Source: Balanoglossus misakiensis (taxonomy: Eukaryota; Animalia; Hemichordata). From it: 64,000 nt of DNA. The notes beneath the pieces are model-generated. The model saw only the letters and a list, made by a program, of their open reading frames with translations. It was not told where the DNA came from and did no database searches. Every line of letters starts with the position of its first letter. The first letter of the stretch is position 1. Below are positions 1 to 9,264 of the stretch, piece after piece. The translations under genes were made by a program, and so were the position numbers. The stretch is taken from assembly GCA_040954595.2 (NCBI GenBank), contig CM082590.2:6944001-7008000 (forward strand). The letters are read 5' to 3'.

Positions 1-259
1 TTGACTTTGAATAATAATTTTTGAACAAAAAAGACAATGTTAGTCTTCTGATAATGAAAGCGTATTTAACCGCCAATTAATTTGAGTTTGGTAGCTGATT
101 TTTTTTGAGGTAGAATGTTACATTTCTGTGTGGGTTTTAACTTTTTCTTATACATCTCTAGATTTCTCTGAGAATTTGTATAATTTGTATATTTTATGAT
201 GTTTGCTATATAAAGAAGAATTTATGTTAAAAAATTGTACTTTTATAACATTTTATAAA

Positions 260-780
260 TTTGAAACTGTATTATCCTACAAGTGATTTTATAAACAGTA
301 CATATATTTGCTACCTATTCGAATAACAGTACTAAACATGTAATATGTTTGATTTGTTTATGTTTCTACAATATTTGTGCTTGCAACATTTTATCAGTTT
401 GAAACTCTCTCATCCTACAAGTGATTTTATAATCAGTACATATATTTACTACCTATTCGAATAACAGAACCAAACATGTAATATATTTGATTTGGTAATA
501 TATTTGTACAATATTTGTGCTTGCAACATTTTATCAGTTTGAAACTCTCTCATCCTACAAGTGATTTTATAATCAGTACATATATTTGCTTCCTATTCCA
601 ATGACTACTAAACATTTAATTTGTTTGATTTGATTATGTTTGTACAATATTTATGCTTACAACATTTTATGAGTTTGAAACTCTCTCGTCCTACAAGAGA
701 TTTTATAATCAGTTCATCTCTGCTACATTTTTGAATAACAATACGAAACCTGGAGTGTGTTTGATTTGATTTTTTCAACA
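260..780. repeat. About 140-bp AT-rich minisatellite in the spacer (variable copy number)
   Basis: TTGAAACT..ATCCTACAAGTGATTTTATAATCAGT recurs near 261, 400, 540 and 675; 1-3 units in the other spacers. Confidence 0.85.
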
Positions 781-1062
781 ATTTCATTATTAAAAATATT
801 TGATTTGCAAATCCAGAATATTTGTCAACGAGTCACTACTCACTGTGAAGAGACGATTGTGTGGGGTTGAAGAACAATTTTGGAGCGATAAAACGGGCTG
901 ACTGAATTCTTATATGAATGCTGTTCCCATTTTCAAACAAGTAAAAACTGTTAAATATAAACTAGAACAGTATAGGGCGTACACAAGATGCCAGGGTCTG
1001 TACTCAAAAACGACGGTTATGAGATGCACTGTCAATTTTCGTGTCATTGGCAGGATTGATCT

Positions 1063-1146
1063 TGTGTGTGTGTTCGTGTGTGCGTGGATGTGTGTGTGTG
1101 TGTGTGCGTGTGTGTGCATGTGTGCGTGTGTGTGTGTGTGTGTGCG

Positions 1147-1181
<35 letters not shown>

Positions 1182-1210
1182 TTGTTTGTGTGTATGTGTG
1201 CGTCCGTGCA
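1063..1210. repeat. Interrupted (TG)n microsatellite of the spacer (also near 5756, 10495, 15177, 27778-28085, 33268)
   Basis: Seen directly; length differs in each unit. Confidence 0.95.
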
Positions 1211-1388
1211 TGCCAAACTTGAACCCCATAATTAGGTGTAAGCCTACAGTGTTTGAGTGTAGGCCCTGTCATTTTGTGCACGCTCTTTTTGCTTTCAATT
1301 TACATTTAATGTTGCATTCATTCAAAACAATTCAACTTTATACCTGCGTTGCTATTCACTCCATGCAGGCCTAATGTATTTGTAAACA

Positions 1389-1400
1389 AAAAGTGAAACT
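1389..1400 (+). promoter_or_regulatory. IRF-E/ISRE-like motif in each spacer
   Basis: AAAAGTGAAACT closely fits the IRF-binding consensus AAA(G/C)(T/C)GAAA(G/C)(T/C). Confidence 0.35.
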
Positions 1401-1747
1401 AAGAATATTGGATCGTGAGCTCCCTGTGGTTTGAGAAATCTGGCAAGCCTTACACAGAGAGAAGAGACAAATGTATAGAAACACAGTTTTCTAAAGATTG
1501 ACCGATATTTGCATCCAACGTCCAACTTGTTTTAGTGACGTAGGCATTCAGCATAGGGCTGAAGTGGCGAGCGACCTCTGGGTCAAGCGTCATAGACGCG
1601 AAACATTGCCATGGAAACAGTGAGCAAAATGGCACAAGCGACTGACGATAGTCTACGTCTACCAAGTATCGCAGAAAATAATTCTATGGAGAATTCATTC
1701 ATGTTTGTGGTCTGTTCCTGAATGGGTTTTTGAATACTCAACGCGAG

Positions 1748-1763
1748 AGTTCAAATGAGGTCA
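1748..1763 (+). promoter_or_regulatory. Nuclear-receptor DR4-type element (distal), present in every array unit
   Basis: AGTTCA-aatg-AGGTCA here; AGTTCA-aacg-AGGTCA in the other six units (e.g. 6356-6371). Confidence 0.5.
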
Positions 1764-2205
1764 GGGCTCTTTGCGCGTTCAATTCTGTTCACACTACAGG
1801 CCCTCGTAATATTCTTGTGATAGTAATCTTTATGTCTTTATGACTTTTCAATTCAATAAAAAACATGGCCATAGCCACTTGGTCGTTAATACTTGTACAG
1901 TAATATCATGTACTATTATTCTGTATTTAATAGGCAAGTCATCAAGACATTCGACATATATGACTATCACAACATTATTACCAGCGCCTGTGGTTCACAC
2001 TAGACTATGTGCTGGGGACTATGTGTCAGATATATAATGGTTCTTTGATCAAAACCATCAAAAATAACTTTCTGGAACACATATGCTTCATTTTCCCGGA
2101 CACATACTGTGTCAGATATAGAATAGTTCCATGAGAACAATGTAATGCTATCTAATCAATCTCCCAGACCCCCACCCACCACAGTTATCAAGTGGTCCAG
2201 CCATT

Positions 2206-2221
2206 AGTTCAAACGAGGTCA
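2206..2221 (+). promoter_or_regulatory. Nuclear-receptor DR4-type element (proximal), present in every array unit
   Basis: AGTTCA-aacg-AGGTCA about 205 nt upstream of the ATG (also 6814-6829 etc.). Confidence 0.5.
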
Positions 2222-2426
2222 TCGTTATCGCTCATTCACTTCTGTTCACACTAGACTATGCACAGGGGACAGGGCTTATCATATACGCATGCCAAACCTT
2301 TGACAGTTCAGTAAACATTGCACTACGGGGAACAGGTATATACACCAGACTTTGTGGAATCGCGTCACATGATTTCTGTACTGGTACACACAGGTACAGA
2401 AAGGCGTTCACCTCACATCAACAGCT

Positions 2427-4652
2427 ATGGCAGCCAAAGAGTCCAAGTTCTTGGCGGAAATCGACACTAATTTTCTCTCCTGTACTATCTGCTCGGAGCG
2501 ATACAAGAATGCTAAACAGCTACCGTGTCTGCACAGCTTCTGCGAGCCGTGTCTGGGGAAGCTGGCAGAGAAAAGTAGCGTCATAGCCTGTCCAATATGT
2601 CGGCGTTCATACCAACTTCCTGATAGTGGCGTGGCAGGTATCGGTGGCAATGCATTCGTCAACGAATTGGTGGAACTGTTTGGAAAACGCGAAGAGGGAA
2701 CCAACAGGTCCAGAAAATGTGAGAGCTGTGATCAGAATGAGATTACAAATCATTGCATCGAGTGTGATGTTAATATGTGCAGTAACTGTGCTCTTGCACA
2801 TTCTCGCTTGAAGGTGACAAAATCACACCGTCTGATGACCTTGGAAGAGTTCGAGTCTGCAAAGTCCGCTGACCTCGCTTCAGTTCAGCCACCGATCTAC
2901 TGTTCTGCTCACCCTAACTACGAAGTCGAATTCTACTGTGACACGTGCGACAAAGCTATCTGTCTCAAATGCACGGCTATAGATCATCCAATCACCGAGC
3001 ATAAATACAGATACTTGAAAGACGCAGCCACTGAATACTGCAAAGATCTGACAGAAGTAATCGACAAAGTGAAAGTGAAAGAAGACGAAGCCAGCCACAG
3101 CAAAGCCGTTGTCACGGAGACGGCCGAATCTCTCGACAGCTGTTATCAGACAGAGAACAAGAAAATGAAAGAACACATCCAGAAAACAATCGATGACGTC
3201 ACTCGCATGATTCGCGAAAATGGCGACAAACTTCTTAGAGAGCTGAAAGATGAATACGATAGAAGGAAAGTCAACTTAAATGCACAACTGAAAGAACTGG
3301 AGTTTGCAGAGAGTGACATGTCAAATGCAAGAGAGTATGCTGAGAAACTGATGCATTTTGGGAATGCAGCGCAGTTGATGTCAGCCAGGAAAGGGATTGC
3401 CACTCAAATGGAAGAATTGCTGAGAATGGAGACGAAAATTGACCCGACAGAGACTGACTACATGGAGTTCAAACAATGTGATGATTTCTGTAAAACAAAA
3501 ACTGTGGGTGTAATATCCACATGCCCAGTCACAGCTGATAACTGCAGTCTGGTTGATGTTCCCGAATTTGTGAGAGTTGATGAAGATATCACCGTCACCC
3601 TAGCAACAGAGGTCAAGCAGAGAAAAGAAACGCACGAAGAAGTAGAAGTAGAGGCAGTCTTGAAGAAACCAGACGACAATCAAGAAGACATGGAAACAAC
3701 AAATAATGGTGATGGAACATGGAGTTTGAAAACACGTGCCAAGATGACAGGAAATCATGAAGTCTCAGTGTCGGTATCCAAGAAACCAGTCAAAGGGTCA
3801 CCAGTTACAATCAATGTTATTCCACAGAAAGGTTTGATTTGTAAATTTGGTCAGTTAGGGTCAGGAGTGGGACAGTTCAATGATCCATGGGGAGTCATGG
3901 CAACCAGGGATGGCAATGTTAGGGTGTGTGATAGTGATAATAATAGATTACAGACATTCACCCAACATGGCCAACATAGATGTACAACCACGTTCAGTAA
4001 TATTTCAACCAAAGTTAGTCCAGTGTTTTCAGCTGCATCAGAGGATGGAAGTATCTTTACTACTGATGACAGTGGTAAGCAAGTAATCGTGCATGATGAG
4101 AATGGTAGAGTGATGCGTTGTTTCGGCAAAGGTGTGATTCTATCCCCGTACGGAATTGCGATACATCCTGTCAATGGGAGGGTCTATGTTGTCGATTGGG
4201 GGGGTCACTGTGTACACATCTACAACAAAAATGGTGATCATTACAAGTCTTTTGGCACTAAAGGGCAAAGTCAAGGTGAGATGTCCCACCCTGTAGGCAT
4301 CAGTATTGATGCTGCAGGGAAAGTGTTTGTATCAGATCAATGGAATCACCGTATTCAAGTGTTTGATGCTGAGGGTGTATATCTGTACAGCTTTGGAAGT
4401 CGAGCGTCAGGTGATAATCAGATGTTGCACCCCTATGGGATATCACATGACAGTGATGGCAATGTGTATGTGTGTGATTACGGTAATCACAGAGTGATGA
4501 AGTATGAGTCAGATGGTCAATTCATTGGTCGCATTGACAGTGATGATGATAGGGTAGAATCTCCAACAGGTATCTGTGTGACCGATGACAAGCCATTTGG
4601 CAATGTTATTGTGTCTAGTCTGAACGGATATGTGAAGGTGTTTGCTCAGTGA
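2427..4652 (+). CDS. TRIM-NHL protein, array copy 1 (741 aa; TRIM2/3/71-like architecture)
   Basis: Uninterrupted ORF with C3HC4 RING (CTIC..CLHSFCEPC..CPIC), B-box1 (CESC..CIEC..CSNC..H..H), B-box2 (CSAH..CDTC..CLKC..H..H), coiled coil, filamin motif (NNGDGTW..G.HEVSV..PVKGSP) and six NHL blades (FG..G..G.F..P.G..D.NHR). Confidence 0.95.
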   Translation: MAAKESKFLAEIDTNFLSCTICSERYKNAKQLPCLHSFCEPCLGKLAEKSSVIACPICRRSYQLPDSGVAGIGGNAFVNELVELFGKREEGTNRSRKCESCDQNEITNHCIECDVNMCSNCALAHSRLKVTKSHRLMTLEEFESAKSADLASVQPPIYCSAHPNYEVEFYCDTCDKAICLKCTAIDHPITEHKYRYLKDAATEYCKDLTEVIDKVKVKEDEASHSKAVVTETAESLDSCYQTENKKMKEHIQKTIDDVTRMIRENGDKLLRELKDEYDRRKVNLNAQLKELEFAESDMSNAREYAEKLMHFGNAAQLMSARKGIATQMEELLRMETKIDPTETDYMEFKQCDDFCKTKTVGVISTCPVTADNCSLVDVPEFVRVDEDITVTLATEVKQRKETHEEVEVEAVLKKPDDNQEDMETTNNGDGTWSLKTRAKMTGNHEVSVSVSKKPVKGSPVTINVIPQKGLICKFGQLGSGVGQFNDPWGVMATRDGNVRVCDSDNNRLQTFTQHGQHRCTTTFSNISTKVSPVFSAASEDGSIFTTDDSGKQVIVHDENGRVMRCFGKGVILSPYGIAIHPVNGRVYVVDWGGHCVHIYNKNGDHYKSFGTKGQSQGEMSHPVGISIDAAGKVFVSDQWNHRIQVFDAEGVYLYSFGSRASGDNQMLHPYGISHDSDGNVYVCDYGNHRVMKYESDGQFIGRIDSDDDRVESPTGICVTDDKPFGNVIVSSLNGYVKVFAQ

Positions 4653-7035
4653 AGTGAGAGTGAAGTGTGGAAGGAAATCAAAATGGCGAGACATGCCAAC
4701 AGAGAACGCCCTCCTGTGTTTGTTGTGAAGACATAAAACCATAACAACACAAGAAAATAACTATCTACTCTAAAATACACTAATATTGCTGATATATTGA
4801 ATCAGTCCATTACTTAGAAACCCATGGACCTCACAAATTCTAAACTGTATTTTTTATAGTTCAAGTGTCATGACATTTTTTCAAGTTTAAACAGAACTAG
4901 ATCACCATGGAAAAGAATTCTTATTGTAACAAATGATAATATTAATTCCTGAATATTGACTTTGAATAATAAGTTTTGAACAAAAAAGACAATGTAAGTC
5001 TTCTGATAATGAAAGCGTACTTAGCTGCCAATTAATATCAGAGGAATCAATGTTGGCAGGGGATTTTTTTTAGGAAGAATGTTTCATTTCCGTGTGGTTT
5101 GTAACTTTTTCTTATATATCTCTAGATTGCTCTGAGAATTTGTATAATTTGTATATTTTATGATGTTTGCTATATAAACAAGAATGTATATTTGTTCAAT
5201 ATTTGGACTTGTATCATTTCATTAATTTCAAACTGTATTATCCTACAAGTGATTTTATAATCAGTACATATATTTGCTTCCTATTCGAATAACAGTACTT
5301 AACATGTAATTTGTTTGATTTGATTATGTTTGTACAATATTTGTGTTTGCAACATTTTATGAGTTTGAAACTCTCTCATCCTACAAGTGATTTTATAATC
5401 AAGTCACGCCTGCTACATTTTTTTAATTACAATTCGAAACCTGGAGTGTATTTGATTTGATTTTTTTTTTAAATTTGATTATTAAAGATATATGATTTGC
5501 AAATCCAGAATATTTGTCGATGAGTCACTACTCACTGTGAAGAGAGGATTGTGTGGGGTTGAAGAACAATTTTGGAGCGATAAAACGGCCTGACTGAATT
5601 CTTATATGAATGCTGTTCCCATTTTCAAACTAGTTTAAAATGTTAAATGAAAATTAGAACAGTGTAGGGCGTACACAAGATGCCCCGGGTCCGTACTCAA
5701 AAACGACGGTTATGAGACGCACTGTCAATTTTTGTGTCATTGGCAGGATTGAGCTTGTGTGTGTTTTTGTGTGTGCGTGCATTTTTGTGTGCGTGTGTGT
5801 GTGTGTGCGTCCGTGCATGCCAAACTTGAACCCCATAATTAGGTGTAAGCCTACAGTGTTTGAGTGAAGGCCCTGTCATTATGTGCACGCTCTTTTTGCT
5901 TTCAATTTACATTTAATGCTGCATTCATTCAAAACAATTAAACTTTATACCTGCGTTGCTATTCACTCCATGCAGGCCTATATGTATTTGTAAACAAAAA
6001 GTGAAACTAAAAATATTGGATCGTGAGCTCCCTGTGGTTTGAGAAATCTGGCAAGCCTTGTACAGAGAGAAGAGACAAATGTATAGAAACACAGTTTTCT
6101 AAAGATTGACCGATATTTGCATCCAACGTCCAACCTGTTTTAGTGACGTAGGCATTCAGCATAGGGCTGAAGTGGCGAGCGACCTCTGGGTCGAGCGTCA
6201 TAGACGCGAGACATTGCCATGGAAACAGTGAGTAAAATGGCATAAGCGACTGACGATAGTCTACGTCCACTAAGTATTGCAGAAAATAATTCTTTGGAGA
6301 ATTCATTCATGTGTGTGGTCTGTTCCTGAATGGGTTTTTGAATTCTCAACGCAAGAGTTCAAACGAGGTCAGGGCTCTTTGCGCGTTCAATTCTGTTCAC
6401 ACCACAGGCGCTCCTAATGTTTTTGTGATAGTAATCATTATGTCTTTATGACTTTTCAATTCAATAAAAAACATGGCCATAGCCACTTGGTCGTTTATAC
6501 TTGTACAGTACTATCATGTACATTGATTCTGTATTTAATAGGCAAGTCATCAAGACATTCTACATATATGACTATCACAACATTATTACCAGCGCCTATG
6601 GTTCACACTAGACTATGGGCTGGGGACTATGTGTCAGATATATAATGGTTCTTTGATCAAAACCACCAAAAATTACTTTTTGGAACATATGTTACTTCAT
6701 TTTCCGGACGCATACTGTGTCAGATATAGAATAGTTCCATGAGAACAATGTAATGCTATCTAATCAATCTCCCAGACCCCCACCCACCACAGTTATCAAG
6801 TGGTCCAGCCGTTAGTTCAAACGAGGTCATCGCTATCGCTCGTTCACTTCTGTTCACACTAGACTATGCACAGGGGACAGGGCTTATCATATACGCGTGT
6901 CAAACCTTTGACAGTTCAGTAAACATTGCACAACGGGGGAACAGGTATATACACCAGACTTTGTGGAATCGCGTCACATGATTTCTGTACTGGTACACAC
7001 AGGTACAGAAAGGCGTTCACCTCACATCAACAGCT

Positions 7036-9264
7036 ATGGCAGCCAAAGAGTCCAAGTTCTTGGCGGAAATCGACACTAATTTTCTCTCCTGTACTATCTG
7101 CTCGGAGCGATACAAGAATGCTAAACAGCTACCGTGTCTGCACAGCTTCTGCGAGCCGTGTCTGGGGAAGCTGGCAGAGAAAAGTAGCGTCATAGCCTGT
7201 CCAATATGTCGGCGTTCATACCAACTTCCTGATAGTGGCGTGGCAGGTATCGGTGGCAATGCATTCGTCAACGAATTGGTGGAACTGTTTGGAAAACGCG
7301 AAGAGGGAACCAACAGGTCCAGAAAATGCGAGAGCTGTGATCAGAATGAGATTACAAATCATTGCATCGAGTGTGATGTTAATATGTGCAGTAACTGTGC
7401 TCTTGCACATACTCGCTTGAAGGTGACAAAATCACACCGTCTGATGACCTTGGAAGAGTTCGAGTCTGCAAAGTCCGCTGACCTCACTTCAGTACAGCCA
7501 CCGATCTACTGTTCTGCTCACCCTAACAACGAAGTCGAATTCTACTGCGACACGTGCGACAAAGCTATCTGTCTCAAATGCACGGCTATAGATCATCCAA
7601 TCACCGAGCATAAATACAGATACTTGAAAGACGCAGCCACTGAATACTGCAAAGATCTGACAGAAGTAATCGACAAAGTGAAAGTGAAAGAAGACGAAGC
7701 CAGCCACAGCAAAGCCGTAGTCATGGAGACGGCCGAATCTCTCGACAGCTGTTATCAGACAGAGAACAAGAAAATGAAAGAACACATCCAGAAAACAATC
7801 GATGACGTCACTCGCATGATTCGTGAAAATGGTGACAAACTTCTTGGAGAGCTGAAAGATGAATACGATAGAAGGAAAGTCAACTTAAATGCACAACTGA
7901 AAGAACTGGAGTTTGCAGAGAGTGACATGTCAAATGCAAGAGAGTATGCTGAGAAACTGATGCATTTTGGGAATGCAGCGCAGTTGATGTCAGCCAGGAA
8001 AGGGATTGCCACTCAAATGAATGAATTGCTGAGAATGGAGACGAAAATTGACCCGACTGAGACTGACTACATGGAGTTCAAACCATGTGATGATTTCTGT
8101 AGAACAAAAACTGTGGGTGTAATATCCACATCAAATCCTGTACCAGCTGATAACTGCAGTCTGGTTGATGTTCCCAAATTTGCGAGAGTTGATGAAGATA
8201 TCACCATCACCCTAGCAACAGAGGTCAAGCAGAGAAAAACAACGCGCGAAGAAGTAGAAGTAGAGGCAGTCTTGAAGAAACCAGACGACAGCCAAGAAGA
8301 CATGGAAACAACAAATAATGGTGATGGAACATGGAGTTTGAAAACCCGTGCCAAGATGACAGGAAATCATGAAGTCTCAGTGTCGGTATCCAAGAAACCA
8401 GTCAAAGGGTCACCAGTTACAATCAATGTTATTCCACAGAAAGGTTTGATTTGTAAATTTGGTCAGAAAGGGTCGGGAGTCGGTCAGTTGAGTTTTCCGT
8501 GGGGAGTCATGGCAACCAGGGATGGCAATGTTAGGATGTGTGATAATGGTAATAATAGATTACAGACATTCACCCAACATGGCCAACATAGATGTACAAC
8601 CACGTTCAGTAATATTTCAACCAAAGTTAGTCCACGGTTTTCAGCTGCATCAGAGGATGGAAGTATCTTTACTACTGATGACAGTGGTAAGCAAGTAATC
8701 GTGCATGATGAGAATGGTAGAGTGATGCGTTGTTTCGGCAAAGGTGTGATTCAATCCCCGCGCGGAATTGCGATACATCCTGTCAATGGGAGGGTCTATG
8801 TTGTCGATCGTGATGGTCATCGTGTACACATCTACAACAAAAATGGTGATCATTACAAGTCTTTTGGCACTCAAGGTCAAAGTCAAGGTCGGATGTCCTA
8901 CCCTGTAGGCATCAGTATTGATGCTGCAGGGAAAGTGTTTGTATCAGATCAATGCAATCACCGCATTCAAGTGTTTGATGCTGAGGGTGGATATCTGTAC
9001 AGCTTTGGAAGTCAAGGGTCAGGTGATAATCAGATGAGTAACCCCCTGGGGATATCACATGACAGTGATGGCAACATGTATGTGTGTGATGGCAATAATC
9101 ACAGAGTGATGAAGTATGAGTCAGATGGTCAATTCATTGGTCGCATTGACAGTGATGATGATAGGGTAGGATCTCCAGCAGGTATCTGTGTGACCGATGA
9201 CAAGCCATTTGGCAATGTTATCGTGTCTAGTGAGAACGGATATGTGAAGGTGTTTGCTCAGTGA
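7036..9264 (+). CDS. TRIM-NHL protein, array copy 2 (742 aa)
   Basis: Intact ORF with the same domain order as copy 1; near-identical outside the NHL variable patches. Confidence 0.95.
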   Translation: MAAKESKFLAEIDTNFLSCTICSERYKNAKQLPCLHSFCEPCLGKLAEKSSVIACPICRRSYQLPDSGVAGIGGNAFVNELVELFGKREEGTNRSRKCESCDQNEITNHCIECDVNMCSNCALAHTRLKVTKSHRLMTLEEFESAKSADLTSVQPPIYCSAHPNNEVEFYCDTCDKAICLKCTAIDHPITEHKYRYLKDAATEYCKDLTEVIDKVKVKEDEASHSKAVVMETAESLDSCYQTENKKMKEHIQKTIDDVTRMIRENGDKLLGELKDEYDRRKVNLNAQLKELEFAESDMSNAREYAEKLMHFGNAAQLMSARKGIATQMNELLRMETKIDPTETDYMEFKPCDDFCRTKTVGVISTSNPVPADNCSLVDVPKFARVDEDITITLATEVKQRKTTREEVEVEAVLKKPDDSQEDMETTNNGDGTWSLKTRAKMTGNHEVSVSVSKKPVKGSPVTINVIPQKGLICKFGQKGSGVGQLSFPWGVMATRDGNVRMCDNGNNRLQTFTQHGQHRCTTTFSNISTKVSPRFSAASEDGSIFTTDDSGKQVIVHDENGRVMRCFGKGVIQSPRGIAIHPVNGRVYVVDRDGHRVHIYNKNGDHYKSFGTQGQSQGRMSYPVGISIDAAGKVFVSDQCNHRIQVFDAEGGYLYSFGSQGSGDNQMSNPLGISHDSDGNMYVCDGNNHRVMKYESDGQFIGRIDSDDDRVGSPAGICVTDDKPFGNVIVSSENGYVKVFAQ

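Noticed and set aside
260-780. CRISPR-like array (also 47530-48008 and 62138-62600)
   Set aside because: Contiguous tandem units without unique spacers, no cas genes, eukaryotic context.
910-1374. His/Thr- and Val/Cys-rich ORFs (also near 5.7, 10.4, 15.1, 27.7, 33.1, 45.5 and 51.2 kb)
   Set aside because: Translations of (TG)n or (TATG)n microsatellites; frames are not conserved between units.
1450-2037. Recurrent small spacer ORFs (MVDVDYRQ.., MTFQFNKKH..)
   Set aside because: Starts and stops shift or are lost between units; recurrence is explained by the duplication.
2427-4652. Calling the copies TRIM71/lin-41, TRIM2 or TRIM3 orthologs, or a bacterial transfer because they lack introns
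   Set aside because: Architecture alone cannot fix orthology, and the binding face is not conserved; the RING-B-box-coiled-coil module is metazoan and the flanks are typical animal DNA.
2408-4742. Recurrent antisense and alternate-frame ORFs over each TRIM CDS
   Set aside because: Shadows of near-identical coding copies, with no recognisable motifs; lengths vary with the sense-strand changes.
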